A stretch of DNA of 64,000 nucleotides, taken from IMG/VR virus record IMGVR_UViG_3300009128_000002; one strand, written 5' to 3'. Source of the stretch: a virus. The notes beneath the pieces are model-generated. The model was not told where the DNA came from, ran no database searches, and was given only the letters and a program-made list of their open reading frames with translations. Shown piece by piece: positions 20,230 to 28,076 of this stretch (positions within the stretch are counted from its first letter, which is position 1; each line of letters opens with the position of its first letter). A program made the position numbers and the translations under genes.

Positions 20230-20843
20230 AGTATGGTATAGTATGTGCAATGAAGGAGGAAGTTTGTAAAATAGTAACCTCGTTGCACCTTAAAAAAGAA
20301 GTTGTTTATGGTGGACAACAAATATGGACAAATAAGAATAAGAACATTATTTTAATACATTCTGATATAGGTAAAGTGTTGTCTGCACAGGCAACAACAA
20401 CACTTATTTACTCATATAATGTAGATGCTGTTATTAATATTGGTATTGCAGGTGGAATAAAAGAGGTTGAACCTGGCTCTGCATTTGTAATCAATAAAGT
20501 AAGACAGTGGGATACTTTTGTACCATTTGAAGAATATCAAGATGTGTTGTATAATAAAGTAGAATGTTCTGTACCAACATACTTGGATGTTGAAGTTAAG
20601 AGTTTAATAACTGGTGATACATTTGCAACAGAAACACCAAACACAACGTATGATCTTATTGATATGGAAGGTTTCGCAGTTGCGAAAGTATGTGAAAGTT
20701 TTAATATTAACACAATTATAATCAAAGGGGTTAGTGATAATGTTGATGGGGTCAGTGTCGATGTTATGTTTGATAACTTGAATATTGCAATGGATAACTC
20801 TATTGACATTTTGAAGGATATACTTAAACCGAATTTATTATAA
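20226..20843 (+). CDS. mtnN: 5'-methylthioadenosine/SAH nucleosidase (PNP_UDP_1)
   Basis: GIVCAMKEE, IGKV, INIGIAGG, TGDTF, DMEG, IKGVSD. Confidence 0.8.
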   Translation: MKYGIVCAMKEEVCKIVTSLHLKKEVVYGGQQIWTNKNKNIILIHSDIGKVLSAQATTTLIYSYNVDAVINIGIAGGIKEVEPGSAFVINKVRQWDTFVPFEEYQDVLYNKVECSVPTYLDVEVKSLITGDTFATETPNTTYDLIDMEGFAVAKVCESFNINTIIIKGVSDNVDGVSVDVMFDNLNIAMDNSIDILKDILKPNLL

Positions 20844-20846
20844 ATA
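20839..20846 (+). promoter_or_regulatory. T4 late promoter heading the internal-protein cluster
   Basis: TATAAATA about 30 nt before ATG 20879. Confidence 0.75.
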
Positions 20847-20878
20847 GTGTTATTAGATATTTTTTACGGTGTGTAAAA

Positions 20879-22102
20879 ATGAAAAGTTTCAAAACCTATT
20901 TACAAGAAAAGGCAGTCCCTCTAACACATTTAGAGCACGTAGAGGATGCTATCTTTGATTTTGGTAAATCAGGAGCAGAATCTGCCCTTAAAATTTTAGA
21001 TGATGTTACACATTCTTTAGAAGGACACTCTAAACGTGCAGTAAATATTCAGGCAAAGGTTGATGGAGCACCAGCTGTGGTTGCTGGTATTGACCCAGAA
21101 AACGGTAAGTTTTTTGTAGGTACTAAATCATTATTCAATAAAACACCAAAAATCAATTACACAGACGCAGATATTGATAAGAACCATTCAGGTGGTCTTG
21201 CCACCAAATTAAAAGACGCTTTAAAACATTTCCCTAAAATTATAAAAAAAGGTATATATCAAGGTGATTTTATGTTTTCACCAGAAGACCTTAAAAAAGA
21301 AAAGATTGATGGTGAAACATACACTACATTTACCCCCAACACAATTACATATGCAGTACCTACAGGTGGTGATTTAGAAAGTAAAATAACTTCATCTAAA
21401 GTTGGTGTTATTTGGCATACCACATACACTGGTGATGCAATCAGTAATTTAAAGGCACAGTTTAAAATTAATCTAAAAGCATTTACACAACATAAAGATG
21501 TTTGGTTTACTGACACAAACTTTAGGGATGTTTCTGGTTCTGCTACATTAACCACTACTGAATATAAGACAATTCAGACAAAACTAAAACACGCACATAA
21601 AGAGTTGAAATTATTAAATGATAAAGATATGAGTATATTATTTGGTAAGACTGAAGTGTCAAAGATGGTTAAGATTTATATAAATGCACAAGTTAGACGT
21701 GGTGAAAGGTTTACTAATAAACAGAAATCTGTTGGTACATTCATTGACTTTATCCGTGCAGATTATGAAAAGAAAATTGCTAAATTAAAGAGCGAAAAGG
21801 GTAAAGAGAAGAAGAAAAAACAATTAGAAGATGTTATTAAAGATTTCCGTAAATCTGCTGGTACATTCTCACATACATTACAATGGCACGATGATGTTAT
21901 TGATATTAAAATGTTAATTGTTAAGAAATTAGAAACAGTCAATCAAATACCTGCATTTATTAAGACTGATACTGGTTATAAGACTACAGGACCAGAGGGT
22001 TTTGTTGCTATTGATACATTATCAAACAGTGCAGTTAAATTAGTTAATAGATTGGAGTTTAGTAAAAATAACTTCAATGCAGTAAAACAATGGGTGAAAT
22101 AA
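20879..22102 (+). CDS. Probable internal head protein with RNA-ligase/nucleotidyltransferase-like motifs (DUF6267-like)
   Basis: N-terminal MKSFKTYLQE; HLEHVED, KVDG, YQGD, EGFV, VKLV. Confidence 0.7.
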   Translation: MKSFKTYLQEKAVPLTHLEHVEDAIFDFGKSGAESALKILDDVTHSLEGHSKRAVNIQAKVDGAPAVVAGIDPENGKFFVGTKSLFNKTPKINYTDADIDKNHSGGLATKLKDALKHFPKIIKKGIYQGDFMFSPEDLKKEKIDGETYTTFTPNTITYAVPTGGDLESKITSSKVGVIWHTTYTGDAISNLKAQFKINLKAFTQHKDVWFTDTNFRDVSGSATLTTTEYKTIQTKLKHAHKELKLLNDKDMSILFGKTEVSKMVKIYINAQVRRGERFTNKQKSVGTFIDFIRADYEKKIAKLKSEKGKEKKKKQLEDVIKDFRKSAGTFSHTLQWHDDVIDIKMLIVKKLETVNQIPAFIKTDTGYKTTGPEGFVAIDTLSNSAVKLVNRLEFSKNNFNAVKQWVK

Positions 22103-22104
22103 AT

Positions 22105-22989
22105 ATGAAAAAATTTAATGAGTTTATTACTGAAAAGGCACGTACAAAATCATCAAGTGATGTTTTGACATTAGCCGCTGATAAAAGTAAAACCGAAGAA
22201 TTAAGAGAGTTAATTAACGCAAAACATAAAATAACTAAAGACGTTGGTAAAATTTCAGCAACTACACCTGAAAAGTTTGTTACTGAATTTAATAAGGCAC
22301 TTACTAAAAATAAAGCTATTTTTACAAAGATATTTAATGATGTGCCTAAAGGGGTTGGTCCTGGCGAAGTTTTACTTGCTTACTTATCTGATAACGTAAC
22401 TATTGGTGGTGGACGTTCAAACTTTGATGTTGAATTAGGTACACATAAAATTGAAGTTAAGGCAACAAAAGTAGATAAGAATTTGTTTGCATATAATTTT
22501 AGATTAGGTGTTGACAGTCGTGGTGCATTAATTAATACATTAAAAGAAATTAAGGCTTTATATAAGGTTGCAAAATTCTATATAGATGAAATTAACAATG
22601 ATGAAATGTTATCAAAAATCGACCGTGGTGAAATGACATCACTTAAAAAGCATTTAAAAGGGTTCGATCCTTCAGTTGCTGCTGGTTATGAAAAACTAGA
22701 TATTAATGTTTTTAAAAACCAAAAAGTTATTTTCCAAGGTAAAACTATTGGTAAACTAACTGATAAGGATATACTTAGTAAATTAAAGACGTTAGCGACT
22801 ACAGAATACACAAAGATAAAAGGATATGATGAAATAGAAACTGGTTTAGAAGCAAAACTATCTGCACATAAAATGAAATATTTCTTTTTCAACATAGACA
22901 CATTAGAATTATACTATAAACCAAAACTATCTGGATCAGTTATTGATACTATTACTGGTGGTTCAATTAAGGTAAGGGTGCCATTATGA
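22105..22989 (+). CDS. Probable internal head protein with PD-(D/E)xK-like nuclease motif
   Basis: MKKFNEFITE; GPGE...FDV...IEVKA. Confidence 0.6.
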   Translation: MKKFNEFITEKARTKSSSDVLTLAADKSKTEELRELINAKHKITKDVGKISATTPEKFVTEFNKALTKNKAIFTKIFNDVPKGVGPGEVLLAYLSDNVTIGGGRSNFDVELGTHKIEVKATKVDKNLFAYNFRLGVDSRGALINTLKEIKALYKVAKFYIDEINNDEMLSKIDRGEMTSLKKHLKGFDPSVAAGYEKLDINVFKNQKVIFQGKTIGKLTDKDILSKLKTLATTEYTKIKGYDEIETGLEAKLSAHKMKYFFFNIDTLELYYKPKLSGSVIDTITGGSIKVRVPL

Positions 22990-23585
22990 AAACATTCAAA
23001 CAACATATAAAAGAAGAATCGCTATCTTCATTAGAAAAAAAGAAAGTTCAACTATTTTTGAAAGCGATGAAAATGGTTTCAAATTCACCTAATCAAATGG
23101 AAGTTCGTAAGGAACTTGACGATGTGTGGAAGAAAATCAAAGCAATGAAAGAAGGGGTTGAACTTAATGAAATGGAATTTACTTCTAAACAACTTGCACA
23201 ACTAAAGAAAGATTATGCAGGAATTAAGAAAATCGACCCATCAAGTGATACATATAAAAAGATGAGAGCAATGATTGATTCTTTACCTAAAGAAGCATTA
23301 CAATCATTAGTTAATGCTAAAATCAACTTCATTTCAATATTAGCAAATAACTCATTAAGGAAACTTAAAGAAGAATATGTTACCGAAGGACTATCTCCAC
23401 AAAAGGATATGGAAAATAAGTTGGACAGACTTATTGACGCAGACAACGTAAAGGCTGCTATTGAGTGGAGTAAGTATGTTGATAAATTAGGTCCAAAGTT
23501 CGTAAACCCAAGTAATGCTAGATGGACTGCAGAACACGTTAAAGTGATGGATAAACTTATTAAGAAGTATAGAATTAAACAATAA
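22986..23585 (+). CDS. Probable internal head (poly)protein
   Basis: MKTFKQHIKEE; linkers EGVELNE and LKEEYVTE. Confidence 0.65.
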   Translation: MKTFKQHIKEESLSSLEKKKVQLFLKAMKMVSNSPNQMEVRKELDDVWKKIKAMKEGVELNEMEFTSKQLAQLKKDYAGIKKIDPSSDTYKKMRAMIDSLPKEALQSLVNAKINFISILANNSLRKLKEEYVTEGLSPQKDMENKLDRLIDADNVKAAIEWSKYVDKLGPKFVNPSNARWTAEHVKVMDKLIKKYRIKQ

Positions 23586-23586
23586 T

Positions 23587-24591
23587 ATGAAATCATTTGC
23601 ACAATTTGATAAGGATTATGAATACAATTTATTTGTAGAAGCCCTTACACATTATGAAAATGGTACTAACCTTAATGAACTTGCTATGCCTAGTTTTATT
23701 AAGAAAAAGGTAGAGTTTGTTAAAAACGTTGCCGTTATTCTTAAAAAGAACTTTAATGATATGGTTAATTTCTTTAAGGAAAAGGTTGTATTTCAATTCT
23801 TCAAGGCAATAAAATGGTCTTTTGATAGAATCTTTAAGATCATGAAAGCTGGTTGGAAAGCATTTAAAACGGTTCAAAAAGTTATATTTGATTATATGTC
23901 AAATACAGTTGTTGGTAAATGGACTACTAAAGAATTAGCAAAGTTGGATGAGTATCTAAAGACACACAAAAAAACCAAACGTATGGGTGGTGTGGTTGTA
24001 TCGGGTATGTTAATATATATTTGGTTCAATATGACATTCACTGGTGATGTTGGTTATGACTTTGATATGGGTGATATTCTTTCTGCACTTGCTGGTAAGT
24101 TCTCGTTGGCAACTATCTTCGGTGGTCCTGAAGGTGCTAAGTTATTGACGTTATTCATCACTGGTGTTATTGGATTATCGTTCCCATGGCCTGGACCATC
24201 ATCTGTTCAGTTTATTGGTGCAATTGTATTGGGTATTGGTAATAAAGTAAAAGCAAAATTTAATCCATTAAAAGAAGCAATAAAACGTGACGATAGTCAA
24301 TCTGGTATAAAAGGTTTTAAAAATCAAGGTACTGCATCTAAAGCGGGTAAAGTTGCTGGTAAGAATAAGAGTGATGATGCAATGCGTAAGCATAATGATG
24401 CTATGATTGATGCCGCTTTAAAACAAGATAAGAAAGCATTTGATAAATCAGCAAAAACAGTGGCAAAATTATTTCATAAAATGTACGGACAAACTATGAA
24501 AATCCAAACAATGTGGAGTGTTAAGAAGGCAAAGGCAATGAAGGACGGTTCGTTCTGGAAGATGCCGATATCACAAAGGAGTAAGTTATAA
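23587..24591 (+). CDS. Probable internal protein with hydrophobic helices
   Basis: MKSFAQF start, LNE and LKE linkers, 2-3 TM-like segments. Confidence 0.6.
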   Translation: MKSFAQFDKDYEYNLFVEALTHYENGTNLNELAMPSFIKKKVEFVKNVAVILKKNFNDMVNFFKEKVVFQFFKAIKWSFDRIFKIMKAGWKAFKTVQKVIFDYMSNTVVGKWTTKELAKLDEYLKTHKKTKRMGGVVVSGMLIYIWFNMTFTGDVGYDFDMGDILSALAGKFSLATIFGGPEGAKLLTLFITGVIGLSFPWPGPSSVQFIGAIVLGIGNKVKAKFNPLKEAIKRDDSQSGIKGFKNQGTASKAGKVAGKNKSDDAMRKHNDAMIDAALKQDKKAFDKSAKTVAKLFHKMYGQTMKIQTMWSVKKAKAMKDGSFWKMPISQRSKL

Positions 24592-25889
24592 TGTTAACAT
24601 TTAAACAACATTTAGAAGAAGCAAAGAATAAACCAGTCGTGTTTACGTTTGGTAGATTTAATCCTATAACTAAAGGACACGGTGAGTTGATTGACTTCGT
24701 TGTTAAGAAATCAAAAGGTGGTATTGGAATGGTGTTTACCTCACAATCCAATGAGCCTAAAAAGAACCCATTAGATTATAATACAAAAACTAAGTGGTTA
24801 AAGAAGTTTTTCCCTAAAGCAACTATCGTTAAGAATACTACATTAAAAACACCATTTCAAATATTAAAATGGTTATCTGACCAAGGTTATAAAGACGTAA
24901 CTATGGTTGTAGGTAGTGATAGGGCAGATGAATTTGAAAAGAGTATGCGACCTTATATAAACCACGAAGATCCAAAGAAATCATATAACTTTGATAAATT
25001 TGAAGTGATTAGTTCTGGTAATCGTAAAGCTGGCGTATCTGGTACTGATATGCGAAACCACGTTAAGAATGGTGATATGAAATCATTTATGAAAGGACTT
25101 CCTAAATCTGCTTCTAAACAAGATGGTGAGAAATTCTTCAATGATGTTAAGTCTGGTATGGGTATCAATGAATATCTTGAAATGGGTACTGACGAAACTA
25201 CTAAAGAATACAAGAAAAACACTCCAGGCGAATTAGACGAAGGAACATTGAAAGATATGTTCAAAGCAATCATTGGTAAGAAAACGATGCATACCTTCAA
25301 CCGTGCTGTACACGAAAAGAAGTATAAACAGGCATTGAAGATTTACCATAAAATGGTTAAGAACTACAACAAAAATCCTCAAGCACAACAATCATCAGGT
25401 GTTATTATCGCCAATCCTAAAGGACTTGCTTTATCAAAAGCGGCACAAATGGTTGGTATTAGTGTTAAAGAATTAAAGAAAGTTCTTGATAGAAAAACAC
25501 GTTATGAAAGTTTCGAACAATTTGACGAGCAAATCACTAAAGCAAACTTAAACGATGTTGAACGTTTTGCTGACAAAATCTTTGCTAAAGTTGGTATTGA
25601 TATTGAATTTACTCGTCATTTCCTTGATAGGGTGAACGATAAACGTAACGGTAAAGAAATTAGTGTTGCTGAATTGACACGTCTATTCAAACAAACATAT
25701 AAGAAACATGGTAAGAAAATTGCTAAGATGGGTGACGATGCTCAAGCAGTATTGAATGATTTACAAACAGATATAAATATGCCATTTGTATTAAAATACG
25801 ATCCAGATATGGATGAGTTTGATTTGGTTGCTAAAACTGTGATGAGGAAGAAAGACTTCAAAACAAGCAATCAAAAATTGAAAGTATAA
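24591..25889 (+). CDS. HxGH cytidylyltransferase-family protein fused to extra modules, including a RegB/RelE-like C-terminal domain
   Basis: MLTFKQHLEE; FGRFNPITKGH, VVGSDR, SGTDMR; C-terminal IEFTRHFLDRVND. Confidence 0.8.
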   Translation: MLTFKQHLEEAKNKPVVFTFGRFNPITKGHGELIDFVVKKSKGGIGMVFTSQSNEPKKNPLDYNTKTKWLKKFFPKATIVKNTTLKTPFQILKWLSDQGYKDVTMVVGSDRADEFEKSMRPYINHEDPKKSYNFDKFEVISSGNRKAGVSGTDMRNHVKNGDMKSFMKGLPKSASKQDGEKFFNDVKSGMGINEYLEMGTDETTKEYKKNTPGELDEGTLKDMFKAIIGKKTMHTFNRAVHEKKYKQALKIYHKMVKNYNKNPQAQQSSGVIIANPKGLALSKAAQMVGISVKELKKVLDRKTRYESFEQFDEQITKANLNDVERFADKIFAKVGIDIEFTRHFLDRVNDKRNGKEISVAELTRLFKQTYKKHGKKIAKMGDDAQAVLNDLQTDINMPFVLKYDPDMDEFDLVAKTVMRKKDFKTSNQKLKV

Positions 25890-25893
25890 TTAT

Positions 25894-25901
25894 TATAAAT
25901 A
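25894..25901 (+). promoter_or_regulatory. T4 late promoter
   Basis: TATAAATA upstream of 25924. Confidence 0.7.
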
Positions 25902-25923
25902 TTGGTATATTTGGAGAAAAGAA

Positions 25924-26172
25924 ATGAATTTAGAAGAAGCTTATAAAGAAATGCAAACAGTCCAATTGTATGAGAGGAAATTCGATGCTAAGAAGGCAGA
26001 GCAAACATTGAGAGATATACTAAAAGTGTATGCTCAAGTTAAGTCTGTTGGACTGGATAAAAACATATATAAACGTTGGGATGGTATGTGGTATACAACA
26101 TATACTACTTGGTTTTCATCTAGCGATATGGAAAAGATGGGTTTACCAACAATGTTGAGGATTGGAAAATAA
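25924..26172 (+). CDS. Small probable internal protein
   Basis: MNLEEAYKEM...LYE leader; GGAG RBS. Confidence 0.6.
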   Translation: MNLEEAYKEMQTVQLYERKFDAKKAEQTLRDILKVYAQVKSVGLDKNIYKRWDGMWYTTYTTWFSSSDMEKMGLPTMLRIGK

Positions 26173-26173
26173 T

Positions 26174-27136
26174 ATGAAATCATTTAAACAACATTTACAA
26201 GAAGAGAAACTATTCGAGGAATACCTTGAAGAAAAACTAATTATGCTTTCTCAAGGTAAGAAGTATGGACAAATTGTATTTCTTGCAGGTGGTGCTGGTT
26301 CTGGTAAAGGATTCGCTTCAACTAATTTTATGCAGAAAGAGTTATTCAAAGTGCGTGATGTTGATGAATGGAAGAAAACGTTTATGGATATTGCTGATAT
26401 TATAGACAACCCAGCAAGATATGCTAAAATGAAAAAGGCAGGTACTGAAATTCCAAAAGGCGAATATGAAGAAATTAAAGGTTTGGATTTAAAAAATCCT
26501 AAACACGTTGAAAAGTTACATTTCTTTATTAAGAAATTAGGTCTTAAAAACAAGACACTTGATTTGATGCTTAGTCAAATGAAAAACAAAGAAACGTTAC
26601 CAAATATTATGTTTGATATTACTGCTAAAGATTCAAAGGATATTGGACAATTTTTACCACGTTTATTACAGGCGGGATATAACCCTGCAAATATTCATTT
26701 AGTATGGGTATTAACTGATTATAAAATTGCTATTAAACAAAATGCTGGTAGAGAACGTGTTGTGCCTGATGATATTATGTTAGCAACACATAAAGGTGCT
26801 TCTGAAACAGTTTACAAATATGTTACTGGACAAGGTAAGAAGATGCAGATTAATGGCGAAATTCACGTTATTTTAAATAATCAACAAAATACAATATTTT
26901 TCGAACCATCTGGTGCTGATAGAACTTCTAATATGAAGAAGTATGATAATAAAACCAATAAGTTTAAAAAGAAAACTAATGGTTTAGTTGTTAAAGATTT
27001 TAAATATTTGACATTGAAAAAACGTGGTAAACCAATTTCAAAAGAAGCAGAAGTACAAAAACAATTATATAGTTGGGTTGTTGATAATATACCAAAGAGT
27101 GATTTCCAAAAGGCATTAAAGGATATTAATAAATAA
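26174..27136 (+). CDS. P-loop kinase (zeta-toxin/AAA_33/PNK-like) with capsid-targeting-like leader
   Basis: MKSFKQHLQEE; FLAGGAGSGKG, DVD, NAGRERVVPDD. Confidence 0.75.
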   Translation: MKSFKQHLQEEKLFEEYLEEKLIMLSQGKKYGQIVFLAGGAGSGKGFASTNFMQKELFKVRDVDEWKKTFMDIADIIDNPARYAKMKKAGTEIPKGEYEEIKGLDLKNPKHVEKLHFFIKKLGLKNKTLDLMLSQMKNKETLPNIMFDITAKDSKDIGQFLPRLLQAGYNPANIHLVWVLTDYKIAIKQNAGRERVVPDDIMLATHKGASETVYKYVTGQGKKMQINGEIHVILNNQQNTIFFEPSGADRTSNMKKYDNKTNKFKKKTNGLVVKDFKYLTLKKRGKPISKEAEVQKQLYSWVVDNIPKSDFQKALKDINK

Positions 27137-27137
27137 A

Positions 27138-27347
27138 ATGTGTCCGATTTGTTGGACATTAGCGGTATTAACCTTTTTAGGTTTTGGTAGTGCTTCGATA
27201 ACATTGTTTGTTCAATCAAACGGTTGGTTGTCGTTTGGTTTAATGGTGTTTACGTCAATAACGTTTTGGGTTTTGACGTATAAATTAGTAATGAGTAAAT
27301 GCGAAAAGGGTGGTAAAAAATGCGAGTGTGGGAAACCGAAGAAGTAA
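27138..27347 (+). CDS. Small two-TM Cys-containing protein
   Basis: CPIC, two hydrophobic helices. Confidence 0.55.
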   Translation: MCPICWTLAVLTFLGFGSASITLFVQSNGWLSFGLMVFTSITFWVLTYKLVMSKCEKGGKKCECGKPKK

Positions 27348-27655
27348 TAGAAATATTAGAGCAGGGTCCAGTAAGATTAAAGTTAAAATTTACTAATGGT
27401 GAATTAAGACAGTTTACTCGTGATATGGGTACTGCAGACACTTGCCATTGTGATGAAGGACATAAGTCTTGTGGTTTTATATCAGAATTAGAGTGGACTG
27501 ATAGGTTACTCTGGTGGGATAAAGATGGACGAATTGCTGTATGGGATATTGGTACACACGAATTTACCAACATTCTGGCAGAAGATATAGATGTAATTAT
27601 TGGACATGGTGAAGATGAAGGTAAACCCTCATGTTGCTGTAGTAAGGAGAACTAA
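27320..27655 (+). CDS. Divergent WYL_2/Sm-like barrel protein
   Basis: EILEQGPVRLK..NGELRQFT...IAVWDI resembles the 36947 protein. Confidence 0.5.
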   Translation: MRVWETEEVIEILEQGPVRLKLKFTNGELRQFTRDMGTADTCHCDEGHKSCGFISELEWTDRLLWWDKDGRIAVWDIGTHEFTNILAEDIDVIIGHGEDEGKPSCCCSKEN

Positions 27656-27657
27656 GA

Positions 27658-27924
27658 ATGACAAAGACTGAATTATTAAAACATTTGAAAGAAGGTGTTG
27701 TTAGAGCAAGAATTGATGGTGAAGTGCGCCAATTTACACGTAATGCCAGTAAGACTGGACTTATGGAAGATGGTGACCTTAATGTACTAACTGATGCTAA
27801 AATTAAAGAAGCAGATTCTGGTGCTACTATTGGTGTTTATGAATTAGGTATTGGTAAATTAACTACAATTACTAATAAGGAAATGAATGATATTATTGGT
27901 ACAATTAATTTAGAATGTCTGTAA
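27658..27924 (+). CDS. Divergent WYL_2/Sm-like barrel protein (paralog of 27320)
   Basis: LKEGVVR..DGEVRQFTR...IGVYEL; shares GExRQFTR and IIG with 27320. Confidence 0.5.
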   Translation: MTKTELLKHLKEGVVRARIDGEVRQFTRNASKTGLMEDGDLNVLTDAKIKEADSGATIGVYELGIGKLTTITNKEMNDIIGTINLECL

Positions 27925-28076
27925 CACCGACAAAGGAAGAAAAGAAAAGAATTATGGACAAAGTTCCTACTAGAACGATGTCTTATAAACAATGGGGTGA
28001 AGTTCTAGGTTGGACTCACTCAGAAGCAAAACAAGGAATTAAAGATGAAGACATTCAATCAACTAAGAGAAGCTAA
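27915..28076 (+). CDS. Small hypothetical (53 aa, not in ORF track)
   Basis: MSVTPTKEEKKELWTKFLLERC... read manually. Confidence 0.4.
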   Translation: MSVTPTKEEKKRIMDKVPTRTMSYKQWGEVLGWTHSEAKQGIKDEDIQSTKRS

